Shown one piece after another: positions 39,901 through 49,375 of a stretch of DNA of 56,777 nt; position 1 is the stretch's first letter; each line of letters starts with the position of its first letter. The notes under the pieces were generated by a model. The model was not told the origin of the DNA. It saw only the letters and a list, made by a program, of their open reading frames with translations, and ran no database searches. The stretch comes from Cyanobacteria bacterium auto_48_18. GTDB taxonomy: Bacteria > Cyanobacteriota > Vampirovibrionia > Obscuribacterales > Obscuribacteraceae. The DNA lies in assembly GCA_036170915.1 (NCBI GenBank), contig JAVHQC010000024.1, positions 1 to 56,777 on the forward strand. Direction: 5' to 3'. The translations under genes and the position numbers were made by a program.

Positions 39901-40014
39901 AAGGCCCTGGTTGAACAACATGGGGGCACTATCGGAGTGCAAAGTGAGCCTGGTAAAGGATCAACCTTTTGGTTTGAATTGCCGTTAAAAGATGCACCCG
40001 AAAATGTTAATTAG
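36958..40014 (+). CDS. Sensor histidine kinase CHASE3-PAS-GAF-PAS-PAS-HisKA-HATPase
   Basis: AEAGQRGYLL (CHASE3), two TMs, PAS/GAF motifs, VSHELRSPL, NLISNSIKF, DQGAG, GGTGLGL. Confidence 0.93.
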   Translation: MDKAQELSGRLKALTARAPQFAARSVVVALSFMLLIFVSFSLFTFNQQSTMISYRTALLQSYHRVGHLESVISLLREAEAGQRGYLLSHEERYLDNFEKATRELPAVFEKLLSSPQLKQLDRSALQKVQKLCVDKVEELRQTVELERSGNQPSAHQVFKSGVGRATMQQISSSIGALTAQETAKRATLEKYLHDFTERSTTATVVVLIVAALALFGFAGIVVRLFVANLENTKRSLAFALEIRDARDRLDTVLKSMDEGLLLFDTSSSVTFANQSAEELFGRKNEELIGKTFHQLFAGTTSRELIEYLSLASVFEKQNSLRHLELQLVRDDQKPLSVSATASPLLHNNIITGAVLTFFDTTAKVESEKRLHAQFEITKILAKQIPIENAARKIIELICEQFDWSAGAAFVLEDQKTFLRPFAFAGSAGTEEFGKAISGLQVELGQCLAGKVWEAEQPIWEVDLCATENFTLKEEGLRAGIHAAIGVPFFSRQEFYGVLLFYSQEVRERDQSRLLMLSAICSQLGQYLEVNDARQMLIANERKFRAIFDKQFELIGLLSVEGKILDANSAALRMAGTTRDQVEGQDFWLGPWWAHSEAVQQRVKESIAKAAQGEFDRFETEHLHDDQVVYIDFSMQPLLDDDGKVVMLIPEGRDITSLKQAQEKLAESEAMFRRLTENVKAIFWIANLDGKILYLSPAYESITAGSIADVLANADLFFQTVQDADRAIVRGLLKDQSGDEVQFRLARPEQDEAWISARSFPIYDTGGQFIQMCGVAEDISERKRAEKRVSEFYSTVSHELRSPLTSIRGSLGLIEGGLVGEVSEEASTFITIARVESDRLIRMINSILDLDKIEAGKLELKMQEIVPEELVGTALDNLQGMAIEANVTLKKGINCDDPIRLDRDRITQVLTNLISNSIKFSPKSSVITANSERTGEHVRFSIQDQGAGISAKDLPKLFGKFKQLDSSDSRSQGGTGLGLAISKALVEQHGGTIGVQSEPGKGSTFWFELPLKDAPENVN

Positions 40015-40107
40015 GTGAGGCGAATTTTGGGCAAGGGTGAAGGTTTTGGGGATTGATTGAAAAAATAGACCGATATCCATCCAAGTTTCAATTTTATGGC
40101 CAGAAAA

Positions 40108-41811
40108 CTACCCCAATTTTTTATCAACTGGAGCTTTAGTTAGTTTTAATTTGACAAGAATTTTGTTGGCAACCAGATGAAGTTCTTCAAGTTTAAGGGC
40201 GTAGCAAAAACCAACATAGACTAAAAGTCCGGCACTGCTGGCGATACCAATTTTAATCCCCGCCAGAATTGTAAGAGCGTGTGCTTTGATCCACGGTACT
40301 GCAAAAAATGGATGATTGATGACGCTATCTGGAACAACGTTAACCAAATTGTGGGCCAGCAAGCCACAGAGTGCAGAACCGATAAACATTACGGCAAGTG
40401 GCTTTGCCATTGAATAAGTGCCAAGCTTTCCGATCTTTTTTCGCAGAAAATAAAAGAGAACACTTAAATTGATAATGGTCAACAGTGTGGTGGCAGATGC
40501 AATGCCTGCCGTTCCATAGTGGAGCTGAGTGACAAACCACCAGTCGAGACAATACTTTATAGCGATGGCCATCACGCCGATATAAAAAGGAGTGCGGCTA
40601 TCTTCAAAACCGTAAAAGACTCGGGTTATTAAGTCGCGGGCCACATAAAAGAAAATCATCGGCACTAAAATCAAAAGTACAGATAGCACCATTTCAGTAT
40701 TTTGAGCGGTAAATTCGCCTCTTTGAAAAAGCAGTTGAATGATCTCACGACCTTGTACCAGCAGCAAGGCCGACATTGGCAGTGCAAGAAACCACAAAAC
40801 GGTCAGTGCACGACGCAATTCTGATTTGAGACTATCAATTTTTCCGGCCAGCACCTGTTGCCTGAAAATAGGTCCGATAGGTACCAGCATGGCGGTGACT
40901 AAGATTCCCAAAGGTAATTGCACTAATCTATTGGCATTGCAGATAGCTGACCAGTCGCCTGCTTCCAGATTGGAGGCGAAAGCCTGATCTACGTATCCGA
41001 TTAATGTACCGATTGAAGTACTTACCGTTAACGGCAACACCATAAACAAATACTCTTTCATACCAGGCTGCAATTTTCTAAAGATGTCGCCGAATAATTG
41101 CGGTTTTGCTTTCATGATGCCGGGCAATTGCACAAGCAGTTGACCAATACCGCCCACGAGCGTGCCCATTGCCAGTGCCGTGCCATGATCTGTATGGGGC
41201 CACAAAATAAAAGCGATGATTGCCACAGACGCAAAGGCCGGTGCAATAGAAGGCCAGAAGTGTTCGTTATAAGTGTTGGAAATTCCGCAACCAATACCCA
41301 CAAGTGAAGAGACAAAAATAAGCGGCGACATAATGCGCAGCTGCTTGATGATTTCCACCCAGCGCATTTGCGTGGTGTACAAACTATTGCTTTTAACAGC
41401 GCCATTTGCAAGTTGATGGGCGAGCGGGTCGGCAAATAGATACACTAGGACGGAGAGCAGAGCCATGAATAGCCCTGTCCAGACCATGATTTGCATCACC
41501 AGCTTGCGCGAATCAAGATCGTTTTTGCGCGGCAATAAGGTGGTCATGGTGGCAGAGTGAAAAGGTCCACCCTGCCCGCCAAAGAGCACAAGAATAGTGC
41601 CGGTTATAGAATAGGCATAATTGTATGCGTCCTGTACGAGACCGAGGCCCATCACACCATTGACAATACTGTCGCGGGCCAGCCCGGCAAATTTTGACAA
41701 GAGGGTGAACAGTGCCACCATAGAAAAAGTCTTGGCCAGTCCCGGCGTTGCTTTTTCTACAAGAACTTCGGAAGCAATATTCTCTTCAGATTCGGCGTCA
41801 GCGTCCGACAC
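40108..41811 (-). CDS. murJ: Lipid II flippase MurJ
   Basis: SKFAGLARD, DAYNYA, GGPFHSA, QLPLGI, FQRGEF, RVFYG..D.RTP. Confidence 0.93.
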   Translation of the reverse strand: MSDADAESEENIASEVLVEKATPGLAKTFSMVALFTLLSKFAGLARDSIVNGVMGLGLVQDAYNYAYSITGTILVLFGGQGGPFHSATMTTLLPRKNDLDSRKLVMQIMVWTGLFMALLSVLVYLFADPLAHQLANGAVKSNSLYTTQMRWVEIIKQLRIMSPLIFVSSLVGIGCGISNTYNEHFWPSIAPAFASVAIIAFILWPHTDHGTALAMGTLVGGIGQLLVQLPGIMKAKPQLFGDIFRKLQPGMKEYLFMVLPLTVSTSIGTLIGYVDQAFASNLEAGDWSAICNANRLVQLPLGILVTAMLVPIGPIFRQQVLAGKIDSLKSELRRALTVLWFLALPMSALLLVQGREIIQLLFQRGEFTAQNTEMVLSVLLILVPMIFFYVARDLITRVFYGFEDSRTPFYIGVMAIAIKYCLDWWFVTQLHYGTAGIASATTLLTIINLSVLFYFLRKKIGKLGTYSMAKPLAVMFIGSALCGLLAHNLVNVVPDSVINHPFFAVPWIKAHALTILAGIKIGIASSAGLLVYVGFCYALKLEELHLVANKILVKLKLTKAPVDKKLG

Positions 41812-43669
41812 TGACCGGCTCTTTTATGCCGCCCAGTTCTGCGGCATACTTAACTGATGGTGGCACCACTGGTGCAATCTTTTTACTCTTATCACCAGGC
41901 ACACTAATGTAGTCTGGCGAAATATTGAGATAACGGGCTGCTTCCATGCCCACAGCATTGAAGACCGGGCCGGCCACTGTGTTGCCCCAGCGTCCGTCTG
42001 ATTGAGGGCTATCGATTACTGCGATACAAGTAATTTGCGGATTGCTGGCTGGTAAGAAACCGACGAATGAAGCAATGGTTTGACCGGCCATGTAGCCTCG
42101 GCCATTGGCTGTTACTTTCTGGGCTGTGCCTGTCTTTCCGGCTACCCTGTAACCAGGAATCTGACCGGCGATTTGCGTGCCTTCATAAATATTTTCGGCC
42201 AGTAGTCTTGATACAAGCTTTGCTACTTCGGGGGCGCAGGCCCGCCGTTTTTTTGGTTCTGTCCATTTTTCAGTGACACCACTGGTAGGGTCATATACGC
42301 GTTTGATCAAGTGCGGTTGAATCCAGACACCGTTGTTGGCAACGGCACTGACAGCTGCTACCAACTGCAAAGGAGTAACCGCGATGGCACCCTGACCAAA
42401 GCCGGTGGTGGCAGCGTCAATTGGTGTCCAGTATTTTGCCGGAGTCAGTAGTCCGCGCGATTCGCCGGGTAATTCCACCCCGGTGCGCCTGCCGATACCG
42501 AAATCAACTAATTTGTCATGAAACTGTTTTGGCGTCATCGCCATTCCGATCATGGCAGAGGCAATGTTGGAGGAGTGAATGAATAGCCCCTTTAGATCAA
42601 GGGTGCCATGGCCACCATCGTGGTTGTGAATTGTACGATTGCCGATGGTGAGCGAGCCGCCATCATAAAAAGTAGATGTGGGCTTGATCGCGCCTGTATC
42701 CAAACCAGAGCAGACCGTAATAATTTTGAAAGTAGATCCCGGTTGATAGACATCAACCATTGACCAGTTTTTCAAAATTTCGTAAGGATATTTACTGTAG
42801 TGATTAGGGTCGAAGCTTGGATAGTTTGCCCAGGCCAGAATTTCACCGTTATTGGGATCGGCTAGAATCACCGCTCCTTTTAAAGCGTGCGAGTGTTTGC
42901 ACATGGCAAACAATTCTTTTTCGGCCAGATGCTGCAAGTAATTGTCGATAGTGAGCTCGACATGCCGACCCAGGGGGGGTGTAATGTCCCATGAGGGCTC
43001 GCGCTCAGGCACCATGATAGGATGACCCTTGCCGTCTAATTGAGGCTTAGGAATGACACCTGTGTTGGTGAGCATGTCGTGTTCGGCTTGTTCGACGCCG
43101 CCTTGACCATGAAATTCAGCATCGGTAAAGCCAAGCAAATGCGCAGCCATGGCGCCTTCGGGATACTGTCTGAAAGGTCGCGGAACAATATCGATGCCGG
43201 CCCAATTTAGAGCTTGCAATGCGTCTGCTGTCTCTCGGTCAAGATGCTTTGCCAGTGTCACCACCGGATAGCCCTGATTGAGTAGTTTTGAAATTTTGTC
43301 CACTGGCTCTTTAACTATTGCCGCCAGCTTGGTCGCAGCTTCGTCACGATCGGCCTTGAGTAATTTTACGTGCACGTAAATATCGTAGCGAGTGGTATCA
43401 ATCGCCAGCGGTAATCCGCGTCTATCAGTAATTGCACCACGGTGCACCAGCATGTTGTGCTGTTGTCTTTGGGTCTGGGCCTTTTGCGTCAGCTTGCTGC
43501 CCTGATCGATTTGCAAATAGTACAGGCGGGCAATAACAGATAGTGCACAGAGTCCTAGAATCACCTGGCAAAAACGCAGACGCCAGAGAGGAGATTTTGG
43601 GTGGCGCTTGATGCGTCCCATTCTCGTTCTTGGTGGTCTTGCTGGTCTTTCTGTCAAATCTCTGGGCAA
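41798..43669 (-). CDS. ftsI: Class B penicillin-binding protein (FtsI/PBP3-like transpeptidase)
   Basis: N-terminal TM, RGAITDR, RQYPEG, PGSTFK (SxxK), SSN, KTGTAQK; follows rsmH-ftsL-like. Confidence 0.9.
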   Translation of the reverse strand: MPRDLTERPARPPRTRMGRIKRHPKSPLWRLRFCQVILGLCALSVIARLYYLQIDQGSKLTQKAQTQRQQHNMLVHRGAITDRRGLPLAIDTTRYDIYVHVKLLKADRDEAATKLAAIVKEPVDKISKLLNQGYPVVTLAKHLDRETADALQALNWAGIDIVPRPFRQYPEGAMAAHLLGFTDAEFHGQGGVEQAEHDMLTNTGVIPKPQLDGKGHPIMVPEREPSWDITPPLGRHVELTIDNYLQHLAEKELFAMCKHSHALKGAVILADPNNGEILAWANYPSFDPNHYSKYPYEILKNWSMVDVYQPGSTFKIITVCSGLDTGAIKPTSTFYDGGSLTIGNRTIHNHDGGHGTLDLKGLFIHSSNIASAMIGMAMTPKQFHDKLVDFGIGRRTGVELPGESRGLLTPAKYWTPIDAATTGFGQGAIAVTPLQLVAAVSAVANNGVWIQPHLIKRVYDPTSGVTEKWTEPKKRRACAPEVAKLVSRLLAENIYEGTQIAGQIPGYRVAGKTGTAQKVTANGRGYMAGQTIASFVGFLPASNPQITCIAVIDSPQSDGRWGNTVAGPVFNAVGMEAARYLNISPDYISVPGDKSKKIAPVVPPSVKYAAELGGIKEPVSVGR

Positions 43670-43833
43670 ATCCCTTTCTACCTTTTAAGTACTTTTGCCT
43701 TTTACTTTTTCCATTACGCCATCAATTTAAGGTATATCCATCGGATAGCCTTTGCTTTTGTTTACAAGAATTTCGTCAAAAGTGTGCTCTTGTTAATCAG
43801 TCATGGAGCGACCGCTTGTCAGTAAGCCTTATT

Positions 43834-44436
43834 TTAGTACCCGGACATCAAAGGTAGCTGATGTCTTGCTGGTTTAAAGGCATTAAGCTTTGGCGCGCTT
43901 ACTTCTTTGACTATCTTGACTTCTTCTGGCACTCGCAAACCAGTACTACCAGTGACACTATTTTGAATGTCCTGGTAAGAAACACGTTTGAGTAAATTAG
44001 ATGATTGCTCAGAATTTTGTTCGCTCAGGCGGCGAACCTGGTCTTGAACCTTGCTGACTTTGCTTGATGCGTCAACGTCCATGCCATAACCAAGAATGGC
44101 CAAACCACATAATGCAATCAGGCTGGCCTGTAGCGTTCTGTTTACACGAACAAGCAGAGGAGCCTTGCGGGTCTTTCTCTGTGGGGTCTCAATAGGAACG
44201 AGATGAGGTCTCTGAGCCGGAGCAGGCGTTGAACGCACCGGACGACTCAAATTATCGTTTTGATTAATGTTGCCGAAAGCTACAGGGTAGGTGGTGGTAG
44301 TTTGCAGATTTTCTACAAGGGCTACTCTGGCAGTCGACACTCTTGCAGCCGAATTCAAATCATTTTGTGATTTGCCGTATGCGAAGCTCACGGGTTGGTC
44401 TTCGTTTACGCGACGGCGCGATAGAGTGTTCACCAT
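43834..44436 (-). CDS. FtsL-like bitopic cell-division protein (positional and architectural call)
   Basis: Between rsmH and ftsI; disordered N-terminus, one TM (ASLIALCGLAILGYGM), then coiled-coil-like segment. Confidence 0.6.
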   Translation of the reverse strand: MVNTLSRRRVNEDQPVSFAYGKSQNDLNSAARVSTARVALVENLQTTTTYPVAFGNINQNDNLSRPVRSTPAPAQRPHLVPIETPQRKTRKAPLLVRVNRTLQASLIALCGLAILGYGMDVDASSKVSKVQDQVRRLSEQNSEQSSNLLKRVSYQDIQNSVTGSTGLRVPEEVKIVKEVSAPKLNAFKPARHQLPLMSGY

Positions 44437-44444
44437 ATATACTC

Positions 44445-45431
44445 CTAAATCAGCTTTTGAGCTGCACGTAGTTTAGCACTACGACTCCTGGTGTTGGCAA
44501 GCAATTCATCATCACTAGCAGTAATTGGTTTACGCGTAATTATCAGTACTTCACACTCTTTTTTACAGGTGCAAACAGGGGCACGGGGCGGGCAAATGCA
44601 TGATGCTGCGGCCGTTCTAAAGAATTGCTTAACGATGCGATCTTCTAAACTGTGAAATGTAATTACTACTAATCTTGCCCCTGGCTTCAGAATACTTAAT
44701 GACTCTCGTAAGAAATCTTCAAGACTCTCAAGCTCCTCATTAACAGCCATTCTTATGGCTTGGAATGTTCTAGTAGCCGGATGTATATAGCCACCACCAG
44801 CAGAGCCGAAACTTTTTTTGCTATTTTTTTTATCAGAACTTCGAGGCAGGCAACGAGCCACAATTTCGGCTAATTGCAGAGTGGTATCAATAGGCCTATT
44901 TGCCACTATGCGATTGGCTATCTTGCGGCTATGTCTTTCTTCGCCGTATTTGTAAATGATGTCTGCCAGCGCACCTTCTGGCCATTGATTGACTATATGC
45001 CAGGCCGAATTTGCTTCGCTACGATCCATACGCATATCTAATGGCCCTGCTTTTTGAAAGCTGAATCCTCTTTCACCCTGATCTATTTGCATAGACGAAA
45101 CACCCAGATCGGCTAGTATGCCACCATCTATGGTATTAACATCATATTGCGCCAGCGCCTCTTTTAGATATCTGAAATTACAGTGCACCATGGTGGCATG
45201 ATCACCGAAGCTGTCTTTCAGTTTGTCAAGGCTTGTCTGATCGCGATCAAAAGCGAACAGTCTGCTTTTACCCTGAGTAATTTTATCTATAGCGGCTAAA
45301 TGACCGCCAGCGCCGGCGGTGGCATCAACGTATGTCAGACCAGGTCTTACGTCTAATGCTTCAATCACTTCTTTAAGAAGCACGGGGATATGCGCCCGTT
45401 CTTCCAGGTCCTGGTCTGGCTGACCATTCAA
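44445..45431 (-). CDS. rsmH: 16S rRNA (cytosine1402-N4)-methyltransferase
   Basis: HIPVL, DATAGAGGH, DLGVSSMQ, PLDMRM, HPATRTFQAIR, ITFHSLEDR, RSAKLR. Confidence 0.97.
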   Translation of the reverse strand: MNGQPDQDLEERAHIPVLLKEVIEALDVRPGLTYVDATAGAGGHLAAIDKITQGKSRLFAFDRDQTSLDKLKDSFGDHATMVHCNFRYLKEALAQYDVNTIDGGILADLGVSSMQIDQGERGFSFQKAGPLDMRMDRSEANSAWHIVNQWPEGALADIIYKYGEERHSRKIANRIVANRPIDTTLQLAEIVARCLPRSSDKKNSKKSFGSAGGGYIHPATRTFQAIRMAVNEELESLEDFLRESLSILKPGARLVVITFHSLEDRIVKQFFRTAAASCICPPRAPVCTCKKECEVLIITRKPITASDDELLANTRSRSAKLRAAQKLI

Positions 45432-45451
45432 TATAGATTCACTCAGCTAAA

Positions 45452-45940
45452 TTATGAGATATGAGGGCTCTTGCTTGCTCTTTCTTTGCGCTTCGCCACA
45501 ATGTCGAAGTCACCGCAAAATGAGTATATCAGCGGCAAGACCATAAAGAATAGTGCTGCTGACGCCGCTAACATTGGGTTGAGACCAGGAAGTATATTCG
45601 TATTGACTGCAACAGCCAGGTATACGGCGCAGACTGTCATTACCGATACCAATACAATGGTCAAAATTTGTCTGGTGCTAGCAGTGGTGGCGGCCCAGTG
45701 CCATCTCAGGCCATCCCACCAAAATGTGGGGGCGATTTTATGGCCCATACGATTGGCCGGATACAGCATTCTTCCACCATGAAGCGCTACAAAGCCTCGC
45801 TCACATGATGTGCACTTCAATGTCTCTGTGATACCAAAAGCTTCAAGCATGCCACAACTGCAGCGAGGGCAAGGATACGACTGATTAGTGGCAATTATTT
45901 GCTGACGAAACGAGAGATTTTGGTAAGAAGAGTGGAACAT
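45452..45940 (-). CDS. Hypothetical Zn-ribbon membrane protein
   Basis: CPRC...CTSC pair followed by two TM helices; ATG 45940 with GGGGA SD. Confidence 0.7.
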   Translation of the reverse strand: MFHSSYQNLSFRQQIIATNQSYPCPRCSCGMLEAFGITETLKCTSCERGFVALHGGRMLYPANRMGHKIAPTFWWDGLRWHWAATTASTRQILTIVLVSVMTVCAVYLAVAVNTNILPGLNPMLAASAALFFMVLPLIYSFCGDFDIVAKRKERASKSPHIS

Positions 45941-46162
45941 CTGAACATCCCCATGATCGGCTTTGAAATACATATGGTTGGATGCGCGCAAAACAAGCGC
46001 GCCAGAATTCCATCGGCGTCGTACCCCACCGCTGTCTTTCTGAAAAGCAAGAGAACCAAAATCCCCTGTATATGATTGATACCCGCTAGAAGGCTTCCCC
46101 TCTACAGGTCATAAACAAAAATTGCAAATTTAATAATTCAAGTTGAGCTAGTTGCAAGCACG

Positions 46163-47005
46163 TCAAGAAAAATATGGATCACGGCGGCTGGCACCGAGCG
46201 CGCCTACGGCCAGCATTAGCCTGAAGTTAGATGCATAATCTTCACCGTTGAGGCTGATGGTGCGGGCAGACAGCCGTTTTACTTGTGGAATTAGCTCAGC
46301 AGCATCAGCCATAGATGGGTCGAAAAATGTAATCTCAATTTGGGCCGCGCCGCCTTTGACCTGGAACAGCTGCCAGTGAGCCTTATTGCTTGCCGCCTCT
46401 TGTGCTTTCTTCTTCAGTGATTTGAGATTTTCTTGATGCGGATTAAAGACAGCCGCATAGCGTGACACCGCTGTTTTTACCTGGGCTGTGACAATGTTTC
46501 CCAGCAGATTGCGTGCTTCTTCACAGACGCAATCATCTCCTGTAACCATGGCGACAGGCACACCAAAGTGACCTGCCAGTGCGGCGTTTAAGCCGGTTTC
46601 CCCCACTGGTTGACCGTTGAGTTTAACTTCAAAAAATATTTGCGCTCTATATGTATGGCTTAAAACTCCGGTGGCATGTCCAGCCCTGGCGTGATAGCCG
46701 ACAAAAACAGCAAAGTCTGCAGGATCTATCCCCGAAACCATGGAAAATGGTTTTTGCCATCCGCTCCGAACAGCAACGCCTTGATGCTGATGCAATTTCT
46801 CTATATGTAGATTACGCATATCCCAGTGAGAGTCGTTGACGAGAATATCGTCTACCCCACCAGCAAGCAGCCCCTCAATTACCGCATTGGTTTCTTCGTG
46901 CATCAACTCCAGGGCCCTGCCATAACCGGGCTCATTGGGCTGCGTCTGGCTCGAGTGCAGAATTCCGTTAACACCTTCCAAGTCAACAGATATATATGCT
47001 CTCAT
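46163..47005 (-). CDS. dppA: M55 family D-aminopeptidase
   Basis: ISVDLEG, NDSH, GYHARAG, LSHT, GETGLNA, VTGDD. Confidence 0.92.
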   Translation of the reverse strand: MRAYISVDLEGVNGILHSSQTQPNEPGYGRALELMHEETNAVIEGLLAGGVDDILVNDSHWDMRNLHIEKLHQHQGVAVRSGWQKPFSMVSGIDPADFAVFVGYHARAGHATGVLSHTYRAQIFFEVKLNGQPVGETGLNAALAGHFGVPVAMVTGDDCVCEEARNLLGNIVTAQVKTAVSRYAAVFNPHQENLKSLKKKAQEAASNKAHWQLFQVKGGAAQIEITFFDPSMADAAELIPQVKRLSARTISLNGEDYASNFRLMLAVGALGASRRDPYFS

Positions 47006-47167
47006 CTACGGATCAACCTTTTCATTTGGTAACGACTGTCAGGCCTGTTCAGCTTGAGTATATAAGGGATTCGAAGAAAGAGCAGCCTTACATCCTGATC
47101 ATGTCAAGCACAAGGCGGTCGACAAAGGCTATAATTGCTGGCCAATGGCAAGTATTGATTTAACACT

Positions 47168-48349
47168 GTGAAGACCTCGACCCCATCTGCCAATTTTTCA
47201 CTGCCTTTCACCAAAATGCATGGTCTGGGCAATGATTTTGTTATGGTCAAAGACAGCGATCTGGCCAGAGCGTTTGTTGCGCTCAAACTTGAGAGCGTTG
47301 ACGCAGCTGCGGCCTTGAGCCGACTGGCCGGTAAAATCTGCGACAGGCGTTTTGGGGTCGGCGGCGATGGGCTGATCGTGGCCGTCAGTCTTAAGGCACC
47401 ACAGGCGGTTGTGGCAAGTTTGATTGCCAGTTATCCGGCTTACAAAAGCTGTGATTTAGCCTGGATATATATAAACAGTGATGGGTCCAGTGCGGAGATG
47501 TGTGGTAACGGCCTGCGCTGCCTGGCTTACTATGCTCGGTTGTGCGGTCTTGATGAGGCTGGAAACCACGATAAACGTCTCTCATGGCCTCAACAAAATA
47601 GTTTCACCATTGCCACCAGTGTTTATGCCGTGGAAGTAAATATTGATCTAGCTGGTCGTGACTTGGACGCCCCTACTGGTGGTGGCAGCGGAAGCTATAA
47701 TCTTTGCACTGTGCGCACCAGCTTGGCCGGTCCTGATTTTGAGAGTGCCACGGCAGCTGGGAAATTTGTCAGTGGCACCATCGCTTTGTCTGATATCACC
47801 CTTAGTGCCACTGCCGTGAGCATGGGTAATCCTCACTGTGTGATCTTTGATTCTCCCGCTCTCAATCTGGGGCAATATCAAGGCTGTATGCAGGGTATAT
47901 GCGATGGCGATTCCTCCAGCTTTTTAGAAAAATTTCCTCAACCATTGATTGATTTAGCCCATCAAATTCAGAGCCATGCTCTGTTTCCGCAAGGAGTTAA
48001 TGTCGAATTTGTCTTGCCGCAGGGACGCGATCGCGCTCTTGTATTTGTAGTAGAACGAGGATGTGGGCCGACTTTAGCATGTGCCTCAGGTGCTGGTGCC
48101 GTGGTGGCAGCCGGCGTAATTGAAGAGCGCCTAAACAGGCAATGCTGTGTTATTCTTCCAGGTGGAGAATTGGAGGTTGCCTGGTCTTCCGTGAACAATC
48201 GCATCGAGTTGAACGGTCCAGCCCAATTAGCATTTGCCGGCACATTTTCTGTTAGCCGCAATAGTTTTCTATCGTCTGAATTTAGCTGCACTAATGTCGC
48301 CAACCTGACAGAAAGAAGTTCTTCCGCAAAAGAGGAACTACGCGCATGA
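47168..48349 (+). CDS. dapF: Diaminopimelate epimerase
   Basis: FTKMHGLGNDF, GVGGDG, NSDGSSAEMCGNG, SMGNPH, NVEF, ERGCGPTLAC. Confidence 0.95.
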   Translation: MKTSTPSANFSLPFTKMHGLGNDFVMVKDSDLARAFVALKLESVDAAAALSRLAGKICDRRFGVGGDGLIVAVSLKAPQAVVASLIASYPAYKSCDLAWIYINSDGSSAEMCGNGLRCLAYYARLCGLDEAGNHDKRLSWPQQNSFTIATSVYAVEVNIDLAGRDLDAPTGGGSGSYNLCTVRTSLAGPDFESATAAGKFVSGTIALSDITLSATAVSMGNPHCVIFDSPALNLGQYQGCMQGICDGDSSSFLEKFPQPLIDLAHQIQSHALFPQGVNVEFVLPQGRDRALVFVVERGCGPTLACASGAGAVVAAGVIEERLNRQCCVILPGGELEVAWSSVNNRIELNGPAQLAFAGTFSVSRNSFLSSEFSCTNVANLTERSSSAKEELRA

Positions 48350-49296
48350 CTATGATCATGGAAGCCGATCAAAGGCAGGAATGGATGCGCAGTCGCCGCA
48401 AGCAGCGCAAGGCCACTCGCCGTGCGCGCTCACGTCGGCAGACCATGCGTTACGTGCTTTTGTTGGCCATGGTTGTGGCCGGTGCCGCTTGTTTTACGCA
48501 TTTACCGTGGACTTTGCATAATGCTGAAACCGAAGTGATTGTGCACGGTAATTCTGTTGCCACGAAAGACCAGGTTTTGAAGCTGGTCAACAGCGCCGTT
48601 AACGTGCCGATTTATCGCATTGACCCGAAAAAGCTAGAATCTCAAATTGCTTCTCTAAAGGCTGTACGTCACGCTTTTGTGCGACGCTACGCTTTGCCTA
48701 AACCACATCTTGTGGTTGAAATTCTAGAGGAGTATCCCTGGGCCACCTTTAGTCCAGATCCAACTAAAGCGGCTCAAGCTGTGATTGCTCAATCTGGTCG
48801 TTTCATTTCTATTGCTGAATTTCCGGCTGTAGTGAGACCCCATCTGGTAATTTACGGTCAACCTACGCTCAAGCTAACTTCAAGAGAAGTGGCTCAGTGG
48901 GCCAGCTGGGCTAATTACATCAGCAGCCAGACCGGGCGGCCCGTTGACTATATTGATATGCGTCAGCCCTTCGACGTTAAGGTAGCTAATGGCGATTTGA
49001 CTTTAAAATTGGGCATGCCCGACGCCACTTTAACAAGGCGTCTGGGCCGATTGGTTTCAGTTTTGCCGGCGGTAGAACCGCTCAAAGACAAAGTTGAATA
49101 TATAGACCTTGGGCTTGATAATTCCATACCGCTAAAAATTTCGAAGAACACTAATTTGAAGGCCCTCGTGGCCGAACGCTTGCAAGCAGAAGAGGCTCGC
49201 ACCAGCGCGCTCAATGGTGTTCCGGCAAACAGTGTTGATAGTCATTCAGCGCCCACCGCAATTGCCACACCAGCCGTTCAACGCCATCATCTATAG
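48346..49296 (+). CDS. ftsQ: FtsQ/DivIB family cell-division protein
   Basis: Basic N-terminus, single TM, POTRA-like segment (VHGNS...VRR...PHLVVEILE), YIDM/YIDL motifs. Confidence 0.8.
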   Translation: MTMIMEADQRQEWMRSRRKQRKATRRARSRRQTMRYVLLLAMVVAGAACFTHLPWTLHNAETEVIVHGNSVATKDQVLKLVNSAVNVPIYRIDPKKLESQIASLKAVRHAFVRRYALPKPHLVVEILEEYPWATFSPDPTKAAQAVIAQSGRFISIAEFPAVVRPHLVIYGQPTLKLTSREVAQWASWANYISSQTGRPVDYIDMRQPFDVKVANGDLTLKLGMPDATLTRRLGRLVSVLPAVEPLKDKVEYIDLGLDNSIPLKISKNTNLKALVAERLQAEEARTSALNGVPANSVDSHSAPTAIATPAVQRHHL

Positions 49297-49314
49297 ACTG
49301 CAACATCTTTTTGA

Positions 49315-49340
49315 AAAAAATACCTTTGAAGGTATTTTTT
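49315..49340. terminator. AT-rich hairpin between convergent ftsQ and mazG
   Basis: AAAAAATACCT-TTGA-AGGTATTTTTT inverted repeat. Confidence 0.55.
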
Positions 49341-49375
49341 CCGGCAGCAACCTCAAGGCACATTGTAGAAACAGA

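Noticed and set aside
43670..43833. 164-bp gap between the ftsL-like gene and ftsI
   Set aside because: Checked for a small ORF or frameshifted extension; the minus-strand frames are interrupted by stops and no strong structure was seen
14438..48034. HIP1 octamer GCGATCGC at 14438, 30874, 37694 and 48027
   Set aside because: Only four spotted by eye in 57 kb, far sparser than in HIP1-rich cyanobacteria; enrichment cannot be claimed without a background model
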